Below are positions 1-14,115 of a stretch of 64,000 nt of DNA, piece by piece. The stretch is from Paraspadella gotoi (taxonomy: Eukaryota; Animalia; Chaetognatha), in the NCBI GenBank assembly GCA_051294375.1, contig CM119267.1, positions 19,729,546-19,793,545 on the forward strand, read 5' to 3'. Position numbers and translations under genes: made by a program. The notes under the pieces are model-generated. The model searched no databases. It was not told the origin of the DNA and saw only the letters and a program-made list of their open reading frames with translations. Position 1 is the first letter of the stretch; every line of letters begins with the position of its first letter.

Positions 1-1639
1 TGTCTGGGGCACTCGCACGCCTACAGCCGCGCGCCGCCAGCCTTGCCAGCCGCCGCCGCCCGCCGACATGATCCGGACCGCCAACCATCTTAACTTAACC
101 CCAATTTTAATGAGAAAAAAAAAGTTTGATCGTAGCTTTGGCCCTGCACTCGTCGAATCCGCGATGAATGTGAAGACACCTAGCCACGAAAGAAAAAAAA
201 AGTGTGGGAGGATGCAAATGATGTGAAAGGAGCTTCGTCCACAAAAGGGGTTTATAATCAAAATGGTGAAGCGACGCGCGAATAATGACTCCCTCTCTAT
301 ATGTCAACACGAAAAAAAAAAATTCTCTCCTCATTTCCAAGTTTTTTTTTTCTATTTTTCAAATGATGGAAGATCATGCTTTCGCGTCTTCCAGAATTCT
401 TCGGATTCGAAATATTTCGACCGTACCTCCCATCTCAATATGCATAGTAGAAGGGTTAGATTTTCTAATCATCGTGGCTCCATGGATCCCAAAGGGCAAG
501 ACGTCTCTCTCTCAATAAAAAGATTCGGGGAGATGGGACGACTCTCTCACTCGCTACGCATACAAGAATCAAAGGTTTATTCCTCCAAATCACAATACAA
601 ATCATAAAGGGCATCAATCTCGATCGTGCTCTTCTTCGTCTCATAAATTTTCTGGTCGTCGTTATCTCTGCTCTCTCTCCGATCTCTCCTTTCTCATACT
701 CTCTCTCTCTCTCTCAGTATAGTGAGTAGATGAACCACCGTTAGTTCGCGCAAACCTGGCCAAAACAAAAAACACCGGAAGACCGAAAACCCAGAAAGGA
801 GAATTGTCTCTATTTATTCACTCATCTTTTTTCTTATGAATTTTTTTCTAAAGAACTACAAGAGAAGAAATTTTTACTGACTGGTTGGAGTTTTTATACA
901 TGGCTGGTTTTCTTTTTGAGAGAAAAAAAAAAGAAGACACTAAAAAACGAGAAATCCTCTCAAAATCTAGAAATTACGTTTTCGGTTCATTAAATTCGAG
1001 TTAATATACACTTTTTCCAATCTAGTTTTCGCGACTTTTTTTGGTGTTGACTAAGCTTAAAGATTTCTGGCAGAACTGATAAAAATATATTAAAACATCT
1101 ATAAGTCTATGGCAAATTTAACAAATTTGTCATCAAAATTCCATTTTGGAATGTCACATAAGTTGGAGAAAAAAATTCTGATCTTCTATGATAATTTAAG
1201 CGAAAAGCAGCTTAATCAGAAGATATTTTCTATAATAATTAATCTAATTTTATTTTAATTAATTGTCAGTTTTATCTAATAAATTAATTAAATGATAATG
1301 ATTAATATAATTATTAATAATAACCAATATAATTATTAATATATAAATGTTCCGTATGATTAAATAAATTTATTAATAAGTTAATTAATTATAAAAAACA
1401 AGAGATATATTTTAATATTTGTTTTTATAGTGAATTAAAATACGAATGAATTTAAATGATTAACCTATTTTAATTATTAACTGTACTGTTTAATGAATTG
1501 GTACAACCTATAAAAAATATTTTCTAAAAAAAAATCGGAAAGTAAAACGATTTTTTGTTTTGTCAAAACTAATTCAAATGTCTCTCTAATTGTCTCAACA
1601 ACGAAAAGAAGATGTTATATCATAATATTTTTATATAAT

Positions 1640-1712
1640 TTTAAAGACCGACGCCTAAATAATGTGAATGATAGAGCCGGGGATCTGCGATAATCAGATC
1701 CGCTAAAATTAT
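1640..1712 (-). repeat. Diverged 5' end of HINE-like family 1, opposite orientation
   Basis: Reverse complement aattttagcggatctgattatcgcagatccccggctctatcattcac matches 9864-9912. Confidence 0.6.
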
Positions 1713-4700
1713 TGGATAATCGAGTACTTTGTTGGGCGAAGCGCCCCAAAAGAAAAAATTTTTCCCGGTCTTTTAAAAAATATTTTCAAGCCCACGAAAA
1801 GAACGTGGCGTGGAAGTAAAATAAGTTTTTCATTTCAAACGCGTTTTTTTTATTTGAACGAGTCCGTGACAGTTGCTCGCTTGATGCATAGCGAGAAATG
1901 CCGCGCCATTGAGGAATGTGTAATTTCGGAATCTTCGGATGGCACTTACTCTTATCGTGCTTATATAGAAAAAATAAGGATAAGGTTTCGAGAAGGAGAA
2001 AAGTAGAAAAATTGAGCAATTATACAGATCAGAAAATAAGTCTGGCAATTACTATGATGTGTCATGTTCAAGGTTTGCTTGGTGACTGGAATGTAGGCGA
2101 TGTGTGCTGGTAGTTATTATGTGAGCGGGGCGATTTAGGACAAGCGTCTTTTGAAATGCGCATTGGTAATTCTTTTTTTTTTATCGAGATTCTTATCCGT
2201 TTAAAACTTGCCAACACAATCCTTTGTCCTATTTTATAAATAGTTGATATTTGAGCTGGACTAATTTTAAGTTCCCAGGAATCTACCCTTAAATTTAAAC
2301 TAACCTGCCCTGCGTCGTGTAGCGGCCCATGAACCGGTTAGGGCCTTTCAGCAACCCCACGCCCCCTTTTCTTTCACAGGGTCGGCGTTCCGGAAATTGA
2401 CGCGTGTGACGTCAGCAACGCGACGGCTACTTCGTTGTCCCCCGCGTCACCTCGCGCATTTAAAAAGTTTATCAGGATGACAGTTCTCACAGCAGACCCA
2501 TCAAATGGTGATTGCTTAGCGATATCGGTCAACGTTGAACGAGATCTTTTTTTTGGGGCCATTTATGTGGAAATGTGATATTTTCCCACATAAAAGTTTT
2601 ATTGCCGTTGTTGAGCTTACTTGGCTATTTTTTTTTTAAATAACAATTTGGAGAGAAAGGATATGAGTCTAATTCGGTCCTCATCATTCGTCACTAACCT
2701 ACTGTAAATTATTTTCCGCGTCGTAAAAAGTATTTAATAAGAGTTCCCCCAGCCGACAAAAAACCCATATAAAAGTCTCACTCGGTCCCGGTTTTCCTTA
2801 TTTCGTAACTTAAATTCATTTTAAAAAGCCTGTTTAAGCAAAAAAGGTTGTTGCTAATAAACCCAATCGAGCGTCAAAGTAAACAAGTATTGATCAAAAA
2901 AATATAGCAGCAAAATGATAATAATTTTTAAAGAAAGAGGTTTAATATGCCCTATATACATAAGGATCTTTTTTTAACCAATATTAGTAAAAAACCAGTA
3001 GGCTTCTTCTCTCTATTTTTTTTATAAATTTAAAACATATCTTGTTATTATGGGCGTGGCCTAACCGGAAGTAAGTTTTCGCCTTTATGTGTTTGTAATC
3101 AGTTCCAATTTTATAATTGAAAAATTTTAAATGTAACAAAGTTAGATTTTATTATATTATTTTAACTTTGTTTTTCAAGCAATGGGCAATGAGTTTTGGC
3201 AAGCCTTAGTCATTCCTCATCAATTACAAAATTATAGTAATATTTTTTTACTCTAGTTAAAAAATTACTTGTATAGGAAATTTTGAAATGCCACAACAAC
3301 ATTTTTTCCTAACCTTTTTGAAGAAAAGAAATTAAAACTGAAAATACATATTAATGTCTCATGATTTTATTAAAAATTTTAGTTTTTTCCAGATTGACAA
3401 GAAGACGAACTGTAAGGGCGGCATGATAAAAAATGATATCATAAGCTAAGGGTCCTATCATTAAAGGAATTTCGAGAGGTGATAGATCATATGGAATTTT
3501 TCTTCGCCTGGTAGCAGGGAAAGTGGTAGAAGAAAATTCCCATCTCCTTGTTGCAATTCGAACAAGGACAATAATTTAATTGGGAAAATGTTTATTGATC
3601 TCAAATCACTGAGTTACCTTCTCGGCATTCTCGTTTTACTTTCACTTTGGAAGTCATTTTTTCCATGAATTTGTGAATTTTCATTTTTTTATGCAAAAAG
3701 CTGAATTCTGCGTCGCCTCCTTTAATAAAGGAATTTTATGGTGGTATTAAATTTTTTCAGATACGCACAGGAAAGACAGAAAAAAAAACCAAATCCCTTA
3801 AAATTCAACAGATTATTCTCATTGATATAACATTTGTCATACCCTGAAATATCTTTCGGTTCCCTTTGATCTCTTGTTCACACAGATTGAACGTTTTTTA
3901 GGAAGAGATAAAGAGCGGTTCCATTCTTCTTGATAAGTACTAAGTTAAGGTTATCACCTTTGATACCAATTAATGATTTGACTTTAAAAGAACTTGAATT
4001 AAATTTTTTCATACCTTAGATTTTTATTCCATTCCTAATTTTTTAAAATTTGTTTTTTGAGAAAAAAAAATAATCAGCATTCAGGAAGTGGCCCAGAGGA
4101 AAGTATAAAGATCCTAACATCGTACTGAAAAAACTGGACAAATTTAACTAAAATATGCCAGTTCTTCGACACTGTGCAATGCATTGTAAAGTTATAAACT
4201 AGTGAATGAATACATTTAATTCTGAATCAATTTTCAAACAGAAAACGCCACCTACAGGTACTACGGCATGACTATAAGGGTGACAAGTGAGTAGCGAAAA
4301 GGTATCGATCGATCTGTTCGTCTTGTGCAGAAGATCATTTGAAGTTTCTCGATAGAAGGTTCGAGTAGCCGGCACACGCAAAGATGGTCAAAATTGATAA
4401 ATTAAAGATTAAATGTTGATCATGGTGAGGATCGTTGGTCCTTGCTTTTGATTATAAATTACGTATTGTAACAAATGCATTGTGATCTTGAGATATGTTA
4501 AAATTACGTCTTTTTCTTTCTCTCACGAATTCTAGTACTTAGCAGATTATTAGTATTGTTGTTATGTGCACTCAGCTTATTCATCCTGGCGTGTGAGTTG
4601 GGGCTCTTATTATGGTATGGAGTGTTGACAACCGGTGTTCTCTGGCGACGCGGCGTTAGGACTGATGTTATATAGGTAGAGGATGGTTATTAGATATATA

Positions 4701-7700
4701 TGGTTGTTATACCTTTCTAAGTAGTCGGTTTTGGACTGCGAGTAGCATAGGCATGTTGAGTGTGAGCTTATCATGAGAAGGTGGATGAGCTGAGACTCGT
4801 CACGTTTCGTATCAGCTGTCTTAGGCTGCACAGCAGCTCACGTCACAATCGTGTAAGAGAAGCATATAATAAATATATTTAATCAGAGCATTTGGTTTCA
4901 GTTTACAACGAATTCAATTTTATACCTTTAACACTAAACACTTGAAAAACATTTTCCACTTATTCATACAACACGCTTTGTCGATTTGTGCCTGTGGCGA
5001 CTTTTTATCGAGAGGCACTTACATCAGTAACTGTCTAAATATGAAAAGTATCGACGAACTGCGTAAACTAATTTTGTTAGCGACCAGCCCTTGTACCTTG
5101 AAGTGCATGCACGCTAGTAACTGAGGTAGGGATGGAGATTAGTGTGATGTACGGAAAGAGAAGATTCTGTGGATTCAGCACCACTTCCGATACAGCAAGG
5201 TATGTTGATCACGTGGCTCGTCTCGTAAGAGAGTAGGAGTTGTTAAACGTAATTCTTGACGGACTACTCACGTATTATAGTCGCAAAATAAACGTCCAGA
5301 GAGAAAAAGTGACATGCTGGGTCAAGAAAATCGGAGCACAAAATAATATTGAGAACGAAATTATGAAAATGAATAAATTTGGAATACTAATCGACAGGCA
5401 AGTTTTTCTCGCTAGGACTCTTGACGTCATCATCTCCTTCCGCTGGGCTCACTTCTTCATCTCGAATTATTTTTCTTTCTTCTCTCTCCCCTTCACAAAA
5501 CAAATTCACAAAAATTAACGAAAATCGAGGATTAAATCTCCCTCGCTAAACTTGGGTGAGAAAAAAATTTTTAAAAATTCTGAAAAGTACTATTAACACT
5601 CCATACTTACTTAATCATTCGGATCCAAGGTGTCTCTTCTCATTAATCATTATGTAACATATATTAGATCTGACGGGAAGCGCTCTCTCTTTCCTTTTTT
5701 GCTGTCCAATGATCCCTATCAAATTTGTTGTCATCTTTTACTGTTCGTCCATTGAGTAACATATATTTAGTACGAATAAACGGGATACAGATTTATTGCC
5801 GGCTTGAAAATTTTTGCATCACGCGATAGTTATTTTCAGAGCGAACTTAACGTATTGTCCTGTGGTTCGTTTCTTGGCCATTATTTCGTGCGTTGGTCGA
5901 GTTGTCGTCGTCGTCGTACTATATGGCTGTAAGTGTTCGTCATCGTCCGGCTTGATTGTTTCTGTTGTGTTTTGTTCTGTCGTTGTTGTACGACTTCTTC
6001 GTTGGTCGTGTCTGTCATCTTGAAAAAATGGAGTAATTCGTATCCTTTGGGCAGATCCGCGTTATAATTAAATCCGTGTTGTGCATGTTCATGAGTGAGT
6101 GTCCCTGCTTTAGAAGATCACAGGAATTCAGCCTTTTTTGTCTTTGTGGATAAGTTTAAATGGAAAAGATTCAAAAGTTCATGAAAGACATGAGCTTCCC
6201 AAGTGAAAGTGTATAAGAGACATGAGTTGTTATGTATTCTAGTTCTAAGTTAGACTATTCGGGGATGAGCTTGTTCTATTAATAGTTTTGTTACCATTCT
6301 TTCTTCTGAATAAATTTAGTTTGGTCCGCGAGTGCCTGTCTCGCGGGTTCGAGGGAGCTTGCAACAAGAAGTATCGGGATATTTCGTCATCGTTTTTCTC
6401 CACTCTCCGCCGCGCGGAGAGAAAAGTAATGCTATACAAGCTCTATTTCTAGTTGGCGTTCGGGTTCGAGTTGGTACCGCGGTGTCTGGATTCGTCTTTC
6501 TCGAGATGACTTTTTACGAGACTCTACGTAAGATTCTGTAGGTATTTGCATAAGAAATTAATTGCATTTAAGTTATTCCAGTTACTAAGTTGGAAAGTAG
6601 CAAAAGAACTATGACTATATCTCTATGGGATTCAGCATTTATCTTTGTTGAAGTCATAGGAAATTAATCGGATTAATTTAATAAACACTTTGTCGGGTTT
6701 AATATAGGATTTCGCGTTGCACCTAATATGAGTCGGCACTGAGAAAATTTTTTTCACTAACAACAATTAATGTTGTTTCGAAAGCTGGAGGATCAACATC
6801 GAAATTATTAATATTCATATTGAGACTTCGAAATATGCAGGATTAAATTTCGCACCTAACGATTGGTGCCCAACAACTCAGTTCTTAGAACCATTGAAGT
6901 AGTGATAAGATTCACATTCGTTAAAGATATAAGAAGAAAATAATAAAAATAAGAGAACGCTTGGTGTATGGTAACTTGAAGGGCCATATATCAAGAAAAT
7001 TATATTATTTGATATCAGCCTTGTTACTCAGCCCCCTGAGCCCCCTCGATCACTGGGTTCCCTTAAATCTCCAATCATTCTAATTTTTTTTTCTTTAAAA
7101 ATAATAATTAAAAATAGATTGAAAAAATAATATCGATTAATTGAATTCTACTAGATGGTAATAAATAATTATTAAAAAAATTTGAAATTATATTAAAAAC
7201 TAATGGGAATACGTTTAAATGACATTATTAGCTGAAAAGCGTCTTTATGTAGAAGTAGAAACAGAGAATAGCAGAGAAAAACGCCGCAACGTTCTAAAAA
7301 ATTAGCAACAACAACAACTACGTATTTACATTGGCTGAAGAAGGTCAAGCCATAACAAGGGTCATTCATTGTGCGGATGGTAATCAAGTCATTCTTTAAC
7401 TGAACCACTACAGGTCACAAAGTACAAAGACTTGTCGTCGTCTTCGTCGTTATATTCCGTCGTCGTTTTTCAAAATTCATTTGAGTTCCCCAAAGCTTAG
7501 AGAGAGATAAAGGTAGCGGTAGCCGACCAAATTTCAAAATTTTTAATGGAGAACAGCAATTAAACTAATCCATTATTTGGTATAATTATTTGTAATTAAA
7601 TATTTTTTTGTTGACAAATGTTCCGAACAGGAGTAAGTTCGCTTAATTAATAATTATTATCATTTGCTATAGTAATGTCAAATAAAATTTTTTTTGATAT

Positions 7701-8247
7701 TTAAGTTTTTTAATTGATTTCTGAATAGAGCTTAAAAAGTTAAGCAAAAAATATAATTACACTTTTAGAATTTTGATGTTTTATTACTTAAAATTAGTAA
7801 AAACTGCTAAGATCATGGATGATGATGATGATGATGATTTTTTTTTCAAGGTTTTTCGCGCAGTTTTGACTCCACTTAATCATCAAAATATTGAAAGAAA
7901 GAAATTTAATACTTTGTGTAGATCAGGCTTTTTATAAGCTATCTGAATCATGCTTTTAAAAATAAATTTAAAAAATTTTTTTTTGACATTTCCTATCTAT
8001 AATACAATATTAAAAATTAATTACTAATGCTTATAGCCATTTTAAGAAATTTTGGTCCATTGGAAAGTTTTGCTCAGAAATGTTGAAGTTTCATTTGGAA
8101 AGGTTCCTAAATCAAACTTCTGCCCACCATTGACAAAAGTTTGGCGTCTAAAATAGAAGGTTTTATAAACAAAAGAACATAGAAGTAGAAGTGAATTGGG
8201 GAATAAGTCAGAGAAGGACAGAGTTAAGGGAAGCAAAATAAGGTTCG

Positions 8248-8272
8248 NNNNNNNNNNNNNNNNNNNNNNNNN
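8248..8272. other. Assembly gap (25 N)
   Basis: Run of n characters. Confidence 1.
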
Positions 8273-11200
8273 AACCCTACTGAAGCAACTTAGTTCGTCT
8301 CTCCACGAACCGCGCATCCCTCAAAAAGAATACTTTAGAGGAAGGGGAGTCTGTCACTCCTGTTGCAAAAGAAGCAATAACGGATGACTTACTCACCTTA
8401 CTGTCAGGTGAGAAGAGGGCTCTCGACAGGTGCATCGGGTTCAATGGACATTTGAGTAGTATTAAGCATTGTCCCCAAAGGATTTATCCCTGATCCAAAC
8501 AGCATCAACTCGATATCACTGTCTGACAGTTGCGACCAACTTTGAATGGTTTTAGGACCGTTCATATTTTTAACCAAGATTTTGATTTATTTGCGCTTGT
8601 TTACAAACAAATCAAATGCTTTTACTCCCATTTTAAACTGTAATAAAACATTTTTCTAATCCTCCTTTGTCGTCATTTTTAAAATCAATCAAAGTGAGGC
8701 AACTCAAACTATTCACAATTTCATAATTTCATTTTCACCATTTTGGCTTTCAAAACTTTTCTCTCTCTCTCTCTCTCTCTCTCTTGCAACCACAGAGTTG
8801 AAACATGTCTATTGAGGATTTTACCGTAACGCCATGAACGAGCTCGTATATTCTGCTTTGCTATTTCTTTATAAAAATTTGAAGAATTTAAATTTAGTAA
8901 TATTTATTGTAGTAGATATAACATGGGCGTGAATCATGTAGCAAGTTTATTTCTCAACATAAAAAAGAGAAACTTATTAAAAAATAGTCAACTTTAAACT
9001 TAATCATAAAATTGCAAATTTAACATTTTAAATTTTTACTGACTGTCATGAATCATTTGGTAATTTATCCTCAGTTTTAGGTAAGTACGTCTCTTTTATA
9101 ACTTTGGGTAAGGAACAGTGAAAAAGGACTGAAAATCCGAGATCTACATTTAAAATACTTTATCAATCAGATACTTTGTAAGCGGAAAATACGAATTCAA
9201 TAATAAAAAGGGGCATTAAACAACCGAGAGTATCTCGAAACAAATCAAAATTGAACCATGTCTGTTTTTTAAACAGAAAAATTGTTGTTTGTAAACCATA
9301 AAAACTTTGTTTTCTCTAAACATAATTCTCGTTATATCTTACGCTTAAGATATATTATATATATTATATTATATGTATTATATATATTGTATATATATAT
9401 ATTATATGTATTATATATATTGTATATATATATATATATACACTACTGTATCTCCCTACTCTCTGTATTGTAGGCATAAGCTCTTAAAATGTTAAGTTTT
9501 AGTTCTTTTAATTGCCTTGGTCTAAAATTGTACCTTTTTCTAGGAATGGTTATTTTAATACTACTTCCGGTTATTTTCACCTTACATCCGGTTTATACAG
9601 ATGCCCTGTTTTAAAAAATATACTTTTTAAATAATTAATTTAGTTTTAAATCATTGGTAGCAAATTATTTAATAAAAAATTAACAATAGGGAAAAATCAT
9701 TAGATTTTTTTGAGAGAAAAAAAATTTACAACACGAAGAATGCGCGAATTGACTGACGCTTCAATTGGTTGATACGCGATCACATTTTTTTCCAGATTTG
9801 AGTTAAAACTTATCTAATGTTGATAAATAACGGGAAACCGAACCGAGTGAGAACTTGGGAGACAATTTTTAGTCGGATCTGCTTATCAGCAGATCCCGAC
9901 TCTATAATTCACTTTGTCGGTCCGTCGGTCCGCCCCCTCAATATTGTCGGGCACACACTTATATCATGTCAGAACATCGAATTATGATAAATTATGCAAA
10001 AAAAACGATGTCCGTCCGTCCGTCCGTCCCACCTTAGCAAAAAACTCCAATTACTCGTGATTGGATGGATGGATTGGTATGAAATTTTGTGTGTGGGTAG
10101 GAAACTGTGTGATTGAGATAGATATGAAGTTTCGAGGGAATCGTGCGAGTGGAAATCTTAGATTCCAAATGGAATCAGCGATTGAGAATCATTGACTCGA
10201 GACCCCCGCGCCCGAATGCCCTTTTGTTCACTACAAGCGCGAGAACTATTGTGCTACGCGCAATGCTCATGAAGTAAAGCCGAAAACAACAACAAGACAC
10301 ATCCGAAAAAAGTTATATTCACTTTCATTGCAGCAGCGCCATTGCAGAGCACCGTCCGCCCCGCCGACTGTGCGGGCCGACTCCCCTCCGAAAGTTGCTG
10401 GCTCTGTGCGACCAAAGCACGCGTCCGACACTTGTCTCCGCTAGGAACAGGAAACTGTATCGAAGAGCTCCAAGCGACCGTCGCCTACCAGCTACGAAAC
10501 GGAACACAAAAGGTACTGGAAGTCTGCCCTAGCACTCCAACTCCTCCGGCTCTCTCCAAGTATGACCGCGGAGATCGACGCCCACGGCGTGAAGGGTTAA
10601 CTACCCTCCGAAACCGCCAGTGGCGCGGTGCAGAATTGCCTATGAGCGGCGAGGGGCGTACCACCCTCGCTCGAGAAAAGAGCTCTTGAACATGGCACGC
10701 AAGACGTCCTCTGCGTGCTCGCACGCTACAGTCAAGATAGACACAGACGACTGCAGCTCTAATGCTAGGATATTAGAGTGTAGGGATGCGACGGCCAGTA
10801 TACGCCGCCAGCAGGCATGCGCAGAAAAGAAAGCATAGTAGGCTCGCCCGGTCGCGACGAGTCAATCCTTCTAGTACGAGACACCTATCCAGCGTCAGTA
10901 AGCGACGCCTAAATCGCCTAAGCCACGTCTGAGCGCGTACCAGATATCGGCAGACCTAAGGCGTAGACGGGACAGGCGCTTACGGCAGCGCATACTCCTC
11001 GACAAAAGCTCGTCTCCCTACACATGTACTGACCGATGCCGTCTTGGGCAGAGGCGAGGAGGGCACAAAACGCGCCCAATCTATCTTGATCCTGTGCCCA
11101 ATAAGAGAATCTGACACTAGCTATCGCGTGGGGCGCCGCGGATGATCGCTTTCTGACCGCGAAACCAATCTACCCAGAAAGCTCCTACTGCTGCAGCAAT

Positions 11201-11795
11201 AGCCACGAGCGCCAGGAGAGAAGAGAGGAGCGGCCGGCAAATGTGAGACTCGGGATCGAAGCGACGAGCGGACAGATGAGCGAAGCATTGCCCATAAACG
11301 CTGCGCCCCAACAGGCTGTACGCCGCATATCCCATGGAGGCGAAAAGCGCCGTGAACCGATCTATATGCCTCTACTGGGGGCGACGTTCAAGAAGTGCCT
11401 TGAGAACACGAAGCCCGTAACGATAGGTGTAGGTGCTCCTCAACTGGTAACGTGAACCACTGGCTCGGCGAGCGCGTTCCGAAAGGCTCACGAGGACTCA
11501 TCCTCAGTACAATCGACGCTCTCGTCCGATAACATCTCCACCAATGGCCCAAACTCTCCAAACACCTAACCTCAAGTCCTCGAAGTCCGACGACTGAAGG
11601 ACGAAGGCGCGTCGAGAAGGCATTCACAGGCCTCTTTCTCTCTCTCATGAGCGTAAGACCATATATATAGAGCGATATGTCCCGACGGCTGTCCCAAATA
11701 TAGCGCACCTCTGCAACTCAATATACCATGAGAGCTCAAGTGGCACACTTACTCATCTCAGCATAGCGATTCGCCTGCTCTGCTCTTCGGCGCTC

Positions 11796-13620
11796 TTACC
11801 TCAGCGTCAGCATCGAAGAATGCGGACCTCTAACAACGACTCGATCATCCACACGTCGTAGCACGTCACTCTGGCTCCTCTGCGTCACTGGGCTCCGCGA
11901 CGACCGGCGTCCTCCGGAGCGGGAAGACGAAGTACACTCCAGGATCTTCAGATTGAGAAGGATGGAAACCACTTCTGGGCTGGCCAGAAGGGTGTGATCA
12001 GGAGGTAGTCCCTGATGCCTCCTCCAGCTGCGAATCACGCTTGGGAGAAGCGGAGGCGGCGGAAAGAGGAAGGCCAGACCGAAAATCCAAATCTGGGCAA
12101 GAGCGTCCACTCCCTCTGCTTCTGGTTCGCCTTCCAGGCGAAGAAGCGGCGGACTTGCGTCGAATCCTTTTGTCGCAAAAAGATCTATCGCAGGAGCTCC
12201 GAAACGCTCGACCGATCTGGCGAAAATCCTGGCAGCAGGTGCCAATCCGCCACTAGGCGCCCTCTCGACGCTGCGTCTGCAACTAGATTTCCTCCGAAGT
12301 CACGTGACTTCCGGTGAGACGAATTCCGTGAGCATGGGCGAGTAGAAGAGTGTCTCTGACGACCTCGTGGAGGATCTGGGACCGGCTGCAAGTGCGTCGA
12401 AGACAGAGAAGAGACACTTGGCTGTCGGACCTCCAATGAAGGGTCGAATCGCGAAGAGAATTGCCGAACTGCCTCAGGAAGATCCTCAGCACTGTGAATT
12501 CCTTCACATTGATATGGAGAGGGGCAGTTGCATCCTCCCATGTCCCCTGAAGGAGATCTCCCTGAAAGAGGATTCCCCAGCCCCCTGGGGACGCATCCGT
12601 CGTAACCGTGTGCGCACAACTCTCCGGGAGAAGGTCGTCCACTGGCGCCACGCAATCCTCTGGGCGAAGAGACGCGATCCACTCCAACTCCTCCAATGCT
12701 GCGAGCATCCAGAGGCGATCGGTCGATCGAGATCCAACTCCGAACGATAGACCGCGATTGACGTCCCGCTGAATCCGCGCAGAGCGACAACGGGGAAGAA
12801 GGGACGGCCACGAGCCGCCTGCCGTTGCGTACCTAGAAGCTGAAGCACTAGGCGGGCTTCAGGGCGAGACGCAACGCAGGAGAGACGCCAGTGGCTGAAA
12901 CGCCGAACAGGGATTCTCAGCTTTGACGGGGAAGCGACAGAGGCAAGACCGTCCCATGAAGCCGAGAAAAATCGAACTCTGAGACGGAACGAGACTCGAC
13001 TTCTCCAAAATGAAGAATGAAGCCCGCTTCCTTCAGTAAGAATGACTGCCTGAAGAGATCGCTTATGGGGCGCACTTCCTCTCTCGAAGAACGAGGAATC
13101 AGGATATCGTCGGATGTAAAATAGACAACGAATGCCCTCTGTCTCAGCCACTGAACGATGGAGCGACGTGTCGTCTTGGTGAAGAGCCACGATGCGCATC
13201 GCCAAGCCAAACGGAAGCACTTTGTACTGGAAAATCCTCCCTTTCCAAACGAAGCGACAAAATCGGGAGATGGTCCTCGTGCAGCGGGAGGTGAAGGTAA
13301 GCGTCGCGTGGAGATCGATCGACGCTCCCCAATCGCCTCGTCGAAACATCTTCCTGAGTGCGTGTTCGAGACCCTTACCTCATCCTGAAGTAAGGCATGG
13401 CGAGAGGAAAAGCCGCTCGTTGAGGCGCTTTGAGGGTGGTTTTTTTTGGGAGGGATCTCGCGGGGCCCTTTTTCCCCAAGGGGGCCCCCTCCATCCCTTC
13501 TTCGCGAACGTAAATTATCCCTCGAGTAAAAACCCCGGGAGAAAGGCTCCACCTCCTCGATAGCTCCCTTCTCCAGAGCGGCTTGAGAGAAGAATCTCCG
13601 CGTCCACCAGCGGCCGCTCA
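11796..13620 (-). pseudogene. DIRS element A pol (RT, RNase H, MT), multiply frameshifted
   Basis: [64 protein letters not shown] in successive frames. Confidence 0.85.
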
Positions 13621-14115
13621 CCTCTCGACCGAACGACAGGGTGGTCTCGTCTGCAGGGCGGAGGCTATTGCGCCGGAAGGGGGATGGCTCGGCCCGGCAT
13701 CTTGAACCTGGCCGGATAACGGTTCTGAAGATTGGCGAATCCTATGCTACCAACGTTCGTCCAAAACGAGGGTAGAAAAGAGAACGGAAGCCTTCCTCCA
13801 ACCGGATAGTGACCGGAAAGCAGTCGCCGATCTGGACGAAAACGGTGTCAGAGCCGGGCCGAGTCCGGTTCCTGAAGTCGCCACTGCCCAGACGCGGACG
13901 AAACAAAACACGGGCGGCCGAGCTGCCTCCGGGGCGCACGCAGCCCGTCACTTTGAGGGCTTTCGCCATCCCTGCGCTCTCCGTTTTTTTCCGACTTCTG
14001 TGGCGGACGGTTGAAGGCTTACTTGAACCTCCCTTTGCGTGCTTGGACAAGAATGGCGCTTGCGCCTTAAAACGGCTGACGGCGATTTCGTCGAAAGCGA
14101 ACGAAGGACAGAAGC

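Noticed and set aside
4557-4910. Possible solo LTR (TGTTG start, AATAAA at about 4868, ends TACAACG)
   Set aside because: No CA terminus, target duplication, partner LTR or internal ORFs to support it.
5100-6600. Moderately GC-rich stretch with short ORFs
   Set aside because: No recognisable protein motifs, termini or splice structure; probably decayed repeat.
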